DNA of 37,865 nucleotides from a virus: IMG/VR virus record IMGVR_UViG_3300037419_001092; one strand, 5' to 3'. Shown piece by piece: positions 30,006 to 37,865 of this stretch (position 1 is its first letter; each line of letters starts with the position of its first letter). The notes under the pieces were generated by a model. It saw only the letters and a program-made list of their open reading frames with translations, ran no database searches and was not told where the DNA came from. The position numbers and the translations under genes were made by a program.

Positions 30006-30239
30006 TTATCCCCTCTTTAATCCTTTAACTGCTGCGTATATAGCGAATAGTGATGCTAAGACACCGATTGCCGCTTTAACGAGAGCGACTTCCCGACGGG
30101 TCACATAGACGTTCTCTAAGTTGTCGAGTTTCTTAATGACTGATTTAACATCCGTCTTTACTTCATCAACGGTCGCTTTGACGTTTTTGACTTCGTTTTC
30201 TACCACGCTCAGCCTTTCTTTAGTGGTTAGGTTACTCAT
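30006..30239 (-). CDS. XhlA-like lysis-associated protein (N-terminal coiled coil, C-terminal TM; 77 aa)
   Basis: ERLSVVENEVKNVKATVDEVKTDVKSVIKKLDNLE coiled coil followed by the TM helix AAIGVLASLFAIYAAV. Lies between the tail fibre and lysin genes. Confidence 0.7.
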   Translation of the reverse strand: MSNLTTKERLSVVENEVKNVKATVDEVKTDVKSVIKKLDNLENVYVTRREVALVKAAIGVLASLFAIYAAVKGLKRG

Positions 30240-30241
30240 GG

Positions 30242-32125
30242 CTATAAATAAGCGTTCTCTGCAAAAATTTCACTTGTGGAGTTTCCGGCATCTATGCCAG
30301 CACTTGTCGTCGCGCCAAGCGTATACATAGTGAATGTGGCTAAGGCGGTAAGGTTCTGGTTACTCTCCGCGTATACTTGGCTAGTTGTAGTTGAGGCGGC
30401 TGCAGAAACGAAGGCAAAAGATAGCCTCGAAGCTTGAGCACCGGCCCCTATTGTCATGCCGGTCAATGCAGTCGGAGAAACGTTGAAGCCAACAATAGTT
30501 GTAGAGAAGTTGTACACTCCAGCCATCCAGCCAATATTCCAATCACCTGCTGGTACTTGGAGCTGCCAGCCCCCCGACATAAATGAGCCATATGTGGCAT
30601 TGCTGGTTACCGCTTGGGCAACATTGAGCAAGGCTTGAATACGCCACTTCCCTCTCTGTGATGGGAAGTTGTATGGCACTTTCCAGGCAGACATATCGAC
30701 ACTGGTGACACCGCCAGAAGTCGGAATGGTACAGCCTTCCGGTACTTGAACAGTGGCTACGGTTGTAGAGACTTTTTGAACTATGGCGTAGTCTTTGTTG
30801 GCATCAATCGTGCCGTCAGCTTGACCACCGAAAGGTGAGTCAGCATTAGTAGCGACAGCTGAACCGTTGGCCGTTAAGTTGTTTGCGTTAGCCGAAACAT
30901 CATTGATAGAGTTATTGAAGGTAAAGCCCGCGACAATGCTGGGGCTAGACGAATCAATGGTTTGACTCATCATGGCTTTGACTTGGGCTGCGGTAAGAAT
31001 AGCTGAATGGACAGAGGCTTGAGCAATTTTGCCTGGGAATGGTACGAGACCACCATTCCAAGAGCCTACTTCAAGGTTTCCAGCTTGAACTATTGCGGAA
31101 GGAGTTCCTGAGTTGGACATGTAGACAGGCACAGAAACGCCGTCGATATATATTGTGGACACATTCCCCGATAGGTCTAAAGTTGCTGCTACATGGGTCC
31201 ATTTATTAAGCGGAACAGACTGGTAAGTACTGCCGCTACGGAATAAGCTTGCGTTGTTACCCTGAATCACTACTTGACCCGAAGAAGATAAGTAAAGTAT
31301 CCAGCCACTAGTGCCGTTATAGCGGCTGAAAATACCAGCAGAAGTAGCGTATGAAGTTGGCTTTATCCACGCACTCACCGTAAAGTCATCAGTAAACGTC
31401 ATACCGGCTACAGAAGCCGAAGCACGTGAGTAATACTGTGTCGTACCATTAAGAGACGTACACTGCGTAGGAGCTGCTACTGTTCGAGTAGTCCTAAGAC
31501 GCATACCTGGAGACAAATAAGAAGCTACTGTAGAAGCAAAGGTTATGTCGTAGGAGCGGTTGCCGTTGTAGGTGACGGAGGAGACGGCGGGGAGAGCGCC
31601 GGAAATCCAACCAGTTGTCAGGCCGAGGTTGGACGGTTTAACTTTCTTGAGGGCAGTGGCTGAGGTGTCATAGGAGAGGAGATAGTCGTTGGAGACGTCC
31701 GGGGTAGTGTCTTCGGTGCGGGAGGTGATGAGTGTGGACTTGTGCGTACCGTCGGCTTGGCTATGCTCTTGGGTTAATGCCTGGTATAAGTAGTGTCCCC
31801 AGGTAGCTGTAGGGTTCATTTCGACATAATCACCAACTGAGTTGCCGTTGTCGGTTGCTCCGGCAACACGGGTCATAGAGCCGATTGTGGTAGAAGAAGT
31901 CTTAAGCCCTACCCAGTCAATCTGTGTACCCGAAACGTAGTTGCCTGATGTATCGACTTGATACGTCGAGAAGTGTACTGCTGAGGTAGAGCTATCTGGC
32001 CAGCCTGCCAGGTTATCGCAAGTTAAGGTTGCACCTGCCGCCACGCGAGTACCTGTAACTCGTGCCACATTAGGGTTCTGTGCGTTGTAGGTATCTACGA
32101 TTTTGTCTGTTACTGCGCCTGCCAT
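30242..32125 (-). CDS. tail fibre/receptor-binding protein with a central LamG (concanavalin-like lectin) domain, 627 aa
   Basis: FTDDFTVSAWIKPTSY...WTHVAATLDLSGNVSTIYIDG...GKIAQASVHSAILTAAQV is the Laminin_G_3 pattern. It is the last structural gene. Confidence 0.8.
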   Translation of the reverse strand: MAGAVTDKIVDTYNAQNPNVARVTGTRVAAGATLTCDNLAGWPDSSTSAVHFSTYQVDTSGNYVSGTQIDWVGLKTSSTTIGSMTRVAGATDNGNSVGDYVEMNPTATWGHYLYQALTQEHSQADGTHKSTLITSRTEDTTPDVSNDYLLSYDTSATALKKVKPSNLGLTTGWISGALPAVSSVTYNGNRSYDITFASTVASYLSPGMRLRTTRTVAAPTQCTSLNGTTQYYSRASASVAGMTFTDDFTVSAWIKPTSYATSAGIFSRYNGTSGWILYLSSSGQVVIQGNNASLFRSGSTYQSVPLNKWTHVAATLDLSGNVSTIYIDGVSVPVYMSNSGTPSAIVQAGNLEVGSWNGGLVPFPGKIAQASVHSAILTAAQVKAMMSQTIDSSSPSIVAGFTFNNSINDVSANANNLTANGSAVATNADSPFGGQADGTIDANKDYAIVQKVSTTVATVQVPEGCTIPTSGGVTSVDMSAWKVPYNFPSQRGKWRIQALLNVAQAVTSNATYGSFMSGGWQLQVPAGDWNIGWMAGVYNFSTTIVGFNVSPTALTGMTIGAGAQASRLSFAFVSAAASTTTSQVYAESNQNLTALATFTMYTLGATTSAGIDAGNSTSEIFAENAYL

Positions 32126-32134
32126 AGTTTTTCC

Positions 32135-34159
32135 TTATAAATCTTTCATGCCGGAGTTGACATAAACCCCGATTACTTTACTAATGTTGTAATCTACCCC
32201 TGTTGCTGTAGTCGTCCAGGCGTAAGAAAACCACTGCAGGTCTTTCCTCACCTTGATCTTTATTTCTTGGGTAGCGTCGTTAAAGTTACGGGGAATGGTG
32301 TTGATCTCACTCCAGCCTCTGCGGGAACTCCAGCCAGCTTCAGGTTCACTCCAGCCAGCCGGATCGTTTTTAGGGTTATACGTACCACTGCCTACTTGTT
32401 GGAGGGTAGAGTTCTTTGTCCGTCCCGTGACGGTGAAGTTAATTTGTCCAGAAGGACGGAGTAATACGATGGTGAGTTGGATAAGGTTGCCCCACTGTCG
32501 GCCGTCATCACTAAAGTAGATCTGCCCTGAGTTCCCTGACGTAGCAAATGCAACGCCGTCATCAGAGGTCAAAGCTGTATAGCTCAACTCGTACAGCACA
32601 TTGTTTTTCAGCACGCAGAAGTGGGTTGTACCTGTGTTGTCGGTTGCTAGGAACATCCAGTTAGCTACCACGTCCCACGGCTTCATCCACGCACCTTTAC
32701 GGTCGAGATCGAGTACCCATATTTGGTTGTTGGATGTTGAGCCAACGGGAAGCGCCCAGAACAAGCGACCTTCAAAGCCTAATCCTACACAGTTACCCAT
32801 AGCCGAGGCATTCAGCTGAGCCATGTCAGGCTGAATCGTGTCTGACACTGTATCGGTAGACAGGAGGTTCTGAAGCTGAGGCTTAGTACCCGTCGTCTTG
32901 AAACCGTCCCGTGAAGGGTAGTAAGCTGAGTTGTTATAGATAATGACGCCATCGGGTGAGTCGGTGCCAGAATAGCCGTAGTCTTCGCTCGGTACCCAGA
33001 TAATGAATGTGTCTGACCCAAGAGAGATCGTGGTGTTGGTTATAGTGAAACGCTTACCCTTGCCACTTGAGCCTTTGGTTAGTACTTTAATTTGTGTCTC
33101 ACCTTGGCCTGAACGGAAGTTAAAGACCTTGACAGGTACTTCGCGGCCGCCTGCGCCAATCTGCACGAAGCCGCCACCGTTAGCAGGAGTAAAATCTAGT
33201 TCATGCCCTGAATCACCGCCATGCCAGATGTAGTAAGGATTGTTGGCGTCACCCGTGAGCCAGAAGCGGCCGTTGATAAATTCACCTCTAGATGCCTTTG
33301 GGCCTGCCGTAGAGTTTTGAGTAGGCATTTCATTAAATGTCTGGATAGCAGCTGAACCATCGTCTATATACGACAGTGATGTTATACCCTCTACTAAAAG
33401 ACCCATGACAGGTGTAGTGTCTCCATCAACCGTAACGCCGCAGTAAACGTTATACGAGACAGCCGAAGCGACAGCGCTCCAGGTAATCTTCAAACTATTA
33501 GTACCAGCGGTGGCGTTCCAGAGCGCTCTTTGAGTATTTATTGCCTTTGAAGTAGTGGTACCTGTTGTCTGGCCTACGCTAGAGTTAGCAGTAACTGAGT
33601 ACCAGATGGTATAAGAGGTTGTGCCAGTAGTAAGGTCAGTCGAACCGTTGTTAGTGACTGTTGGTGCGCCAGCGTTAGAAATGGCAGTGAACTTAACGAC
33701 GGAACCGAGGGCTATGTCGTAATACCCTAACGTGTCTACTCCGTTCATAATTAGGACTTGCCCGTTCCCTTGGCAGAAGTGGGCTGATGCTGAAGTGTCG
33801 AAAGTTGTTCCGGCGGTTATCTTTGTCCAGCTAGTGTCTTCTGGCAGAGCCGTGTAGACGTTTGTCACGCCGCCGACGTTCTGTAGGCAAATAAGCTTGT
33901 TGGTTGTCGTCAAGCCGCTCACAACCTTAAACTCGAAGATTTCGCCCTGTACGGTGCCTGTTGGCTGTGGGCCAAAGCGAACTAAACTAGGCCGAGGTCG
34001 GATAGTGCCGTCCTGTTGTAGCCAAACATTACCCGAAGAACGAAGCCCTTTAATAGGTGTACGGCCGTCGTCGAGTGCCGTAACGGTGCCACTAAGCCAG
34101 TCTTGGACTTCCTTTGTCTCAATCTTCGGGGGTGCTATGGGTTTAACTGAGTACGACAT
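32135..34159 (-). CDS. large tail protein (nozzle/tubular-B-like by position) with an FN3-like module, 674 aa
   Basis: SLKITWSAVASAVSYNVY is an FN3-type motif. Beta-rich. Synteny after the adaptor-like gene. Confidence 0.75.
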   Translation of the reverse strand: MSYSVKPIAPPKIETKEVQDWLSGTVTALDDGRTPIKGLRSSGNVWLQQDGTIRPRPSLVRFGPQPTGTVQGEIFEFKVVSGLTTTNKLICLQNVGGVTNVYTALPEDTSWTKITAGTTFDTSASAHFCQGNGQVLIMNGVDTLGYYDIALGSVVKFTAISNAGAPTVTNNGSTDLTTGTTSYTIWYSVTANSSVGQTTGTTTSKAINTQRALWNATAGTNSLKITWSAVASAVSYNVYCGVTVDGDTTPVMGLLVEGITSLSYIDDGSAAIQTFNEMPTQNSTAGPKASRGEFINGRFWLTGDANNPYYIWHGGDSGHELDFTPANGGGFVQIGAGGREVPVKVFNFRSGQGETQIKVLTKGSSGKGKRFTITNTTISLGSDTFIIWVPSEDYGYSGTDSPDGVIIYNNSAYYPSRDGFKTTGTKPQLQNLLSTDTVSDTIQPDMAQLNASAMGNCVGLGFEGRLFWALPVGSTSNNQIWVLDLDRKGAWMKPWDVVANWMFLATDNTGTTHFCVLKNNVLYELSYTALTSDDGVAFATSGNSGQIYFSDDGRQWGNLIQLTIVLLRPSGQINFTVTGRTKNSTLQQVGSGTYNPKNDPAGWSEPEAGWSSRRGWSEINTIPRNFNDATQEIKIKVRKDLQWFSYAWTTTATGVDYNISKVIGVYVNSGMKDL

Positions 34160-34163
34160 AGCC

Positions 34164-34844
34164 TTACCACGTTGAACCGTTAGGAACGCTTACTTGGGAC
34201 TTATGGGCTTCAGTAAGTTGTGAATCATTTGCCGACTTCATAGCGAGCATTAAGTCGTTAGCCTCACTGATAAGACCAGGGTAAAGATTCTGCCTGGTGA
34301 TGTCGGTACGCGAGTATTCAGCGGCACAGATCACAACAAGCCAGTTCGGGTTATCGACAACTACGGTTTCAGTTCCGAGCGGACTATCTGGGAACTTAGT
34401 AGGGAATGTGTAGCAAGGTACCTTAATCGTCCCGCCGTATTCCGGCGACGAAGTAGTAAAGGCGGCGTTAAAGACAAGGTTAGAACCCTCTTGAGCACAG
34501 TAATTACCCGAAGTGTAGTCCTTGAGGCGTTCAGGAGCGACTAGCTGATAGTCGGTGTACTGTGTAGTAACGGTATGAATAATGCGTACAAAGTCCCCGT
34601 CCTGTTGGGAGATCTTGCGGATAGTTGACGGCAAAGCGAACGTGTCTGTCGCTGTGACAGTACCCGATACACTAATAGTGGAATAAAGGCTACGCCAATC
34701 TACGCCAGGCTCAGTCGCCCAGGTATCGGTATAGAAGTTAGCTATTTGTGTTAGCTTTGTGTAGTCATCGTCACCGACTGCTAGAGTGGAGACTTCACCG
34801 GTTGCCCGAAGGTATGCAGCGGCGATTAACTGAGAGAGAGTCAC
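34164..34844 (-). CDS. tail adaptor/tubular-A-like protein (226 aa) by position
   Basis: ORF track. GTG start (34842..34844) without an SD. A TATAAT-containing promoter-like stretch lies in the 108-nt gap upstream. Confidence 0.7.
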   Translation of the reverse strand: MTLSQLIAAAYLRATGEVSTLAVGDDDYTKLTQIANFYTDTWATEPGVDWRSLYSTISVSGTVTATDTFALPSTIRKISQQDGDFVRIIHTVTTQYTDYQLVAPERLKDYTSGNYCAQEGSNLVFNAAFTTSSPEYGGTIKVPCYTFPTKFPDSPLGTETVVVDNPNWLVVICAAEYSRTDITRQNLYPGLISEANDLMLAMKSANDSQLTEAHKSQVSVPNGSTW

Positions 34845-34952
34845 GAGGAGCCGTATCTGAAGCGCTTCGGTAGCTTTTAACTGCTACACCTGCGTCCCTT
34901 TTTGGAGGCTCGGATCGCTTTACTGTCTATTATTATACAGGAATATTGTTAG

Positions 34953-37865
34953 TTAGGCCAATTTTCGGGACGGTTTCTTACCGCCTGATATGGCTAATTT
35001 AGTCGGTGCGTACTTCTTAAGTGCGACTTTAGTTGGTTTGGGGTTTGAGGTTGCAAACTGCGGCGGCTTGGTTGGTGGCTTGATAGCGGCTGAGGAGTGT
35101 ATGAGTGACGTAATGCTCGGAGCATCAAAGTGCATAGCTGTACTAGACGACTTGCGGCCCGTTCCCTTTCGCCCACCCTTAGAGGGAGCAATACCGGTCT
35201 TAAACTTCGGAGTACTTATCAGCCCAGCGTCATAGAGCGCCTTATCGTAGGCTATCAGCTGATCGGCTTGCTTCTTCTTATCGGTCTTACCGTCGCTCGT
35301 AGCGAGGTAGTTAGAGATTTCTGTTTTATTGAGGCTGTACAGGTCGCGGACGTTCTTATCGTAGACAGAACCGATCTTCAGTTTGTTGATTTCTTTGCTT
35401 CGCTTAATGTTGGTGACAGGAGTTATCTTGCCGTCTTTCTTGTCTTGGTTGTATCGTTCGACTGCGGCCTTGTACTCAGCGTCTGGGGATTTGTAGTAGT
35501 CAGTTGCAGTAGTAGACGCTTTACTTGTTGTCTTGGGTTTGTAAGTCCCGCTAAGGATTTGCTGTGTAGCTTTAGAAGGCTTTTTCTCTTTGCCAGAGTA
35601 GTTTTGAGCGTACTGTCCTAAACCATTCTTGGCGGCGAAGTCTCTTTTCTCGGCGGTGGTAACTTGTTTAGCTAGTGTTTGAAGCTGCGTCTTTTGCTTA
35701 TCGGGTGTGAGTTTCTTGAACTCAGGGTCATTCTGTAACTGCTGCGAGAGTTCCCGTTCCTTATTCTTAGTAGTTGTTTCTAGGCTCTTCTTCTGGTCGT
35801 TGGTCAGAGTAGTCGGTACACCGTCAAAAGTAACACGATTACTTGCTGGTACTCCGTTTAATGAATAGGGCCCAAATACTGCGCCCTTAACGTAGTTGGC
35901 CTTGTTCTTTTCGACTAGGGTCGTAGAGCTGCCTTTTTTAACCTGACCGGCGTTTACCGCTCGTATGCCTCCTACTGTCTTCTTAGCTTGCGAGAAGCCT
36001 GGGATAGTGGCGGAACCGAGAGAACCGCCAAACTTTTCCCAAGCCTTACCGATCTGTTCGTTACGGCTAGAGTTAGAGTTGTCTTTTGCGGTTATAGTCT
36101 TACCAACTGCCGCATAAAGGTTCTTCCCGGCTTGGAACGGTGGGGAGCCACCAATTTGAGCGGATGGGAGCATATCGCCTGGTTTGTAGCCGAGTGCTTG
36201 CCCGGCGGTCAAATATACAGCGGTAGTAGCACCTACGAACCGAATCATCTTAGCGTATTCTTTATTCTTAACTATTCCAGCTAAAAACTCTGCTTGTTTG
36301 ACGTTGTAGCTTTGGAACTGCGTTAGGGTCTTAGCGAGGTCAGATTGCAGCCATATCGGGGTATCTACAGCGCCAAACGTGAATTGAGTCTTTCGAGCTG
36401 TGTCTATACCAGCCTGCACTGCTTCTGCCTCTGTTTTACCTTGTGCGAGTGCCTTACTCTTTGCACCAAAGTATGCAGCACCACGGTTAATCTTCTCCGC
36501 ACCCTCAAAGGCGGCAAATAGGCCTTTATCTACAGTTTGCATCTTTCGCTTAAGGGCGCTCATGGTGCGATCTTCTATCATGGAGTTGTTGAGTACGCCA
36601 GTTTCTTCGAGCTCCTTGCTACCTGTGGTAATTGCGTGTACTGCTTTGGTGTAACCGACCCCTGTCCATTTTGTACCGAGTTCTGTAAAGGTGTTAATGC
36701 CCTGAGTTAAGTTACGCACTGCGGAGCCGATGTTACCACCGAGGCTAGCCCTATAGGTTGCCTGGCGAATAGCTCTTGTGATCTTCATGGTAGGACGTTG
36801 GCCGAGCTTATAACCTACAGGCGACTGTTTGATGAGGATGTCTATACCTGTGTCTATATCTGTTGGCCGCAGGTTAATTCGGTCTCCATAGGTTTTGACG
36901 TATTCAAGGCCGGTCTTATCTAGATCCTGTGAGCGGTAAGACAGTTGCTCAAGCGCAGGGTCCATGTGAACTTTACGAACACCTCGCTTAACATACGCAT
37001 CTAAAGCCTGGAAAGCATCCTCTTTATATCCCTTCCCTCCAAGACGTTGCTGAGTAAAAGGATCGTACACGGAGCCTGGAACTTTGTCGGAAATCAGCTT
37101 TTCTAGATCAGGGTCAAACTCTTTCATGACTAGCTTTTCGTCAAATATGTGGGTTATGTAGTTCGTGATCCGCTTGTCTTCTGGCAGACCTAAACGATCC
37201 GCCCAGCCCTTAAGGTAGTCTTTCATTTCCTGAGCGACTTGGAACTCATTACCTTGCAGCTTTGTAGCAGCGCCCTTTTCACCATCTAAGTAGCGAAAGA
37301 TTCTTGCGGAGGCTTCAGGAGAACGCCCTACTTGGTCGTACCAGTGGCTGATCTTGTCAATCTGTTTGGGGAGTTCTAGTTTATAGTTACGATCTGCTGT
37401 TTTGATCTGTTCGGCTACGTCTCCAAGCCCGACTTTGCGCAAGACGTTATCAGGGGTTCTGAGTAGCTTGTCGATAGGGTTTACCTTCTTGCCTACGGGA
37501 TAGGTTTTGTGGCCGCTATCTTCAGGGTGTGGTATATTGTCAGCAAATGAAGACGGTAGAGTATTGGTTGGTGCTGGTGATACTGGGCTACCTGTTCTAT
37601 CTGATAGGGAATCTTTTACACTCTGTACATTATCTTGAGGTAAAGACCTACCCTGATAAGCGTTATCCTGCACTGGAGATGTTCTTTCTCGTACTTGTGT
37701 GGTTCTTGCTGGCATCGGCTCTGGCGAACCATTACCATGTGTTAAGCCCTGCTGATCTGCTTGGTGGATCAGACTAGCAAACTCCTCAGGAGACATTGGC
37801 TGGCCTGCTTGCTCAAGTCGTTGGGTAACAGCAGTTTTATCTAGAGAGTTCAGCCGTCTATCGAG
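34953..37865 (-). CDS. C-terminal 970 codons of the same giant virion/ejection protein (the track lists 34953..37796 from an internal Met)
   Basis: The frame stays open upstream of ATG 37796 to the window end (23 more sense codons). It is identical to 1..127 and in frame with the ORF from 2284. The protein is long, Lys/Thr/Gly-rich and sits between internal-protein and tail genes. Confidence 0.85.
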   Translation of the reverse strand, partial: LDRRLNSLDKTAVTQRLEQAGQPMSPEEFASLIHQADQQGLTHGNGSPEPMPARTTQVRERTSPVQDNAYQGRSLPQDNVQSVKDSLSDRTGSPVSPAPTNTLPSSFADNIPHPEDSGHKTYPVGKKVNPIDKLLRTPDNVLRKVGLGDVAEQIKTADRNYKLELPKQIDKISHWYDQVGRSPEASARIFRYLDGEKGAATKLQGNEFQVAQEMKDYLKGWADRLGLPEDKRITNYITHIFDEKLVMKEFDPDLEKLISDKVPGSVYDPFTQQRLGGKGYKEDAFQALDAYVKRGVRKVHMDPALEQLSYRSQDLDKTGLEYVKTYGDRINLRPTDIDTGIDILIKQSPVGYKLGQRPTMKITRAIRQATYRASLGGNIGSAVRNLTQGINTFTELGTKWTGVGYTKAVHAITTGSKELEETGVLNNSMIEDRTMSALKRKMQTVDKGLFAAFEGAEKINRGAAYFGAKSKALAQGKTEAEAVQAGIDTARKTQFTFGAVDTPIWLQSDLAKTLTQFQSYNVKQAEFLAGIVKNKEYAKMIRFVGATTAVYLTAGQALGYKPGDMLPSAQIGGSPPFQAGKNLYAAVGKTITAKDNSNSSRNEQIGKAWEKFGGSLGSATIPGFSQAKKTVGGIRAVNAGQVKKGSSTTLVEKNKANYVKGAVFGPYSLNGVPASNRVTFDGVPTTLTNDQKKSLETTTKNKERELSQQLQNDPEFKKLTPDKQKTQLQTLAKQVTTAEKRDFAAKNGLGQYAQNYSGKEKKPSKATQQILSGTYKPKTTSKASTTATDYYKSPDAEYKAAVERYNQDKKDGKITPVTNIKRSKEINKLKIGSVYDKNVRDLYSLNKTEISNYLATSDGKTDKKKQADQLIAYDKALYDAGLISTPKFKTGIAPSKGGRKGTGRKSSSTAMHFDAPSITSLIHSSAAIKPPTKPPQFATSNPKPTKVALKKYAPTKLAISGGKKPSRKLA
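37739..37865. repeat. terminal overlap copy 2 (identical to 1..127)
   Basis: Same as copy 1. A length of 127 nt is what a k=127 assembler leaves on circular contigs (inference). Confidence 0.95.

Noticed and set aside
2839-37777. The remaining plus-strand ORFs of 60-163 aa (for example 2839, 2897, 3626, 4401, 4866, 5417, 6004, 6562, 7408, 7736, 8300, 8991, 9815, 11223, 11505, 11723, 12035, 12697, 13394, 13651, 16087, 16829, 22336, 22585, 27520, 28191, 28773, 28820, 29637, 30121, 30456, 32253, 33003, 33897, 34990, 35130, 35988, 36400, 37529). Also embedded minus-strand alternates (4003, 6348, 8629, 9172, 25575, 28524, 28884, 32812, 34994)
   Set aside because: Each lies wholly within or antisense to a longer ORF that has synteny, motif or coupling support. 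None has an SD. Their compositions are low-complexity Ser/Leu/Arg/Val-rich, as expected for shadow frames.
1-37865. CRISPR arrays, rRNA genes, intact tRNA genes, transposases or IS elements
   Set aside because: I saw no regularly spaced direct repeats, no rRNA-like sequence, no transposase-like ORF and no tRNA with a complete cloverleaf. The only recombinase is the tyrosine integrase.

Overview
The window is one complete, circularly closed phage genome. Positions 1..127 are identical to 37739..37865, which leaves 37,738 unique bp. It looks like a temperate, podovirus-like phage, and almost every gene is on the minus strand.

Modules, read along the minus strand:
- Early and replication-accessory genes, about 22.9 kb down to 12.6 kb. 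These include an SLT-like transglycosylase, an OB-only SSB, a VRR-NUC nuclease, a winged-helix protein, a KGG stress-type protein, a glutaredoxin-like protein and many mini-proteins.
- Packaging and head genes: TerS, TerL, a T7-type portal, scaffold, major capsid protein and small head proteins.
- Two low-complexity internal proteins, followed by a giant protein of about 1,689 aa that crosses the artificial contig junction. The ORF track therefore lists only its C-terminal 947 aa.
- Tail genes: an adaptor-like protein, a 674-aa FN3-containing protein and a LamG tail fibre.
- A lysis cassette: XhlA-like protein, HNH endonuclease, GH25 endolysin and a holin-like protein.
- A DEDDy exonuclease and several small genes.

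Plus-strand exceptions are a tyrosine integrase (24876..25706), a CAP/SCP-domain secreted protein with a near-consensus promoter (3851..4582), and two tiny ORF islands.

The main anomaly is a roughly 2.0-kb ORF-free island (22870..24875) directly upstream of, and co-oriented with, the integrase. It contains:
- a promoter-to-terminator small RNA gene;
- a duplicated 26-nt leader;
- a truncated tRNA-Thr(GGU)-like 5' fragment;
- a separate T-arm/acceptor module;
- more than 1 kb of sequence with long-range, nested, plus-strand-specific base pairing, including a perfect 17-bp helix closing a 330-nt multi-hairpin domain.

I read this island as a candidate large structured ncRNA locus, possibly combined with attP. 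The giant virion protein also carries a PARP-like H-Y-E ADP-ribosyltransferase-type motif set. All folds, motifs and translations were done by eye and need computational confirmation.
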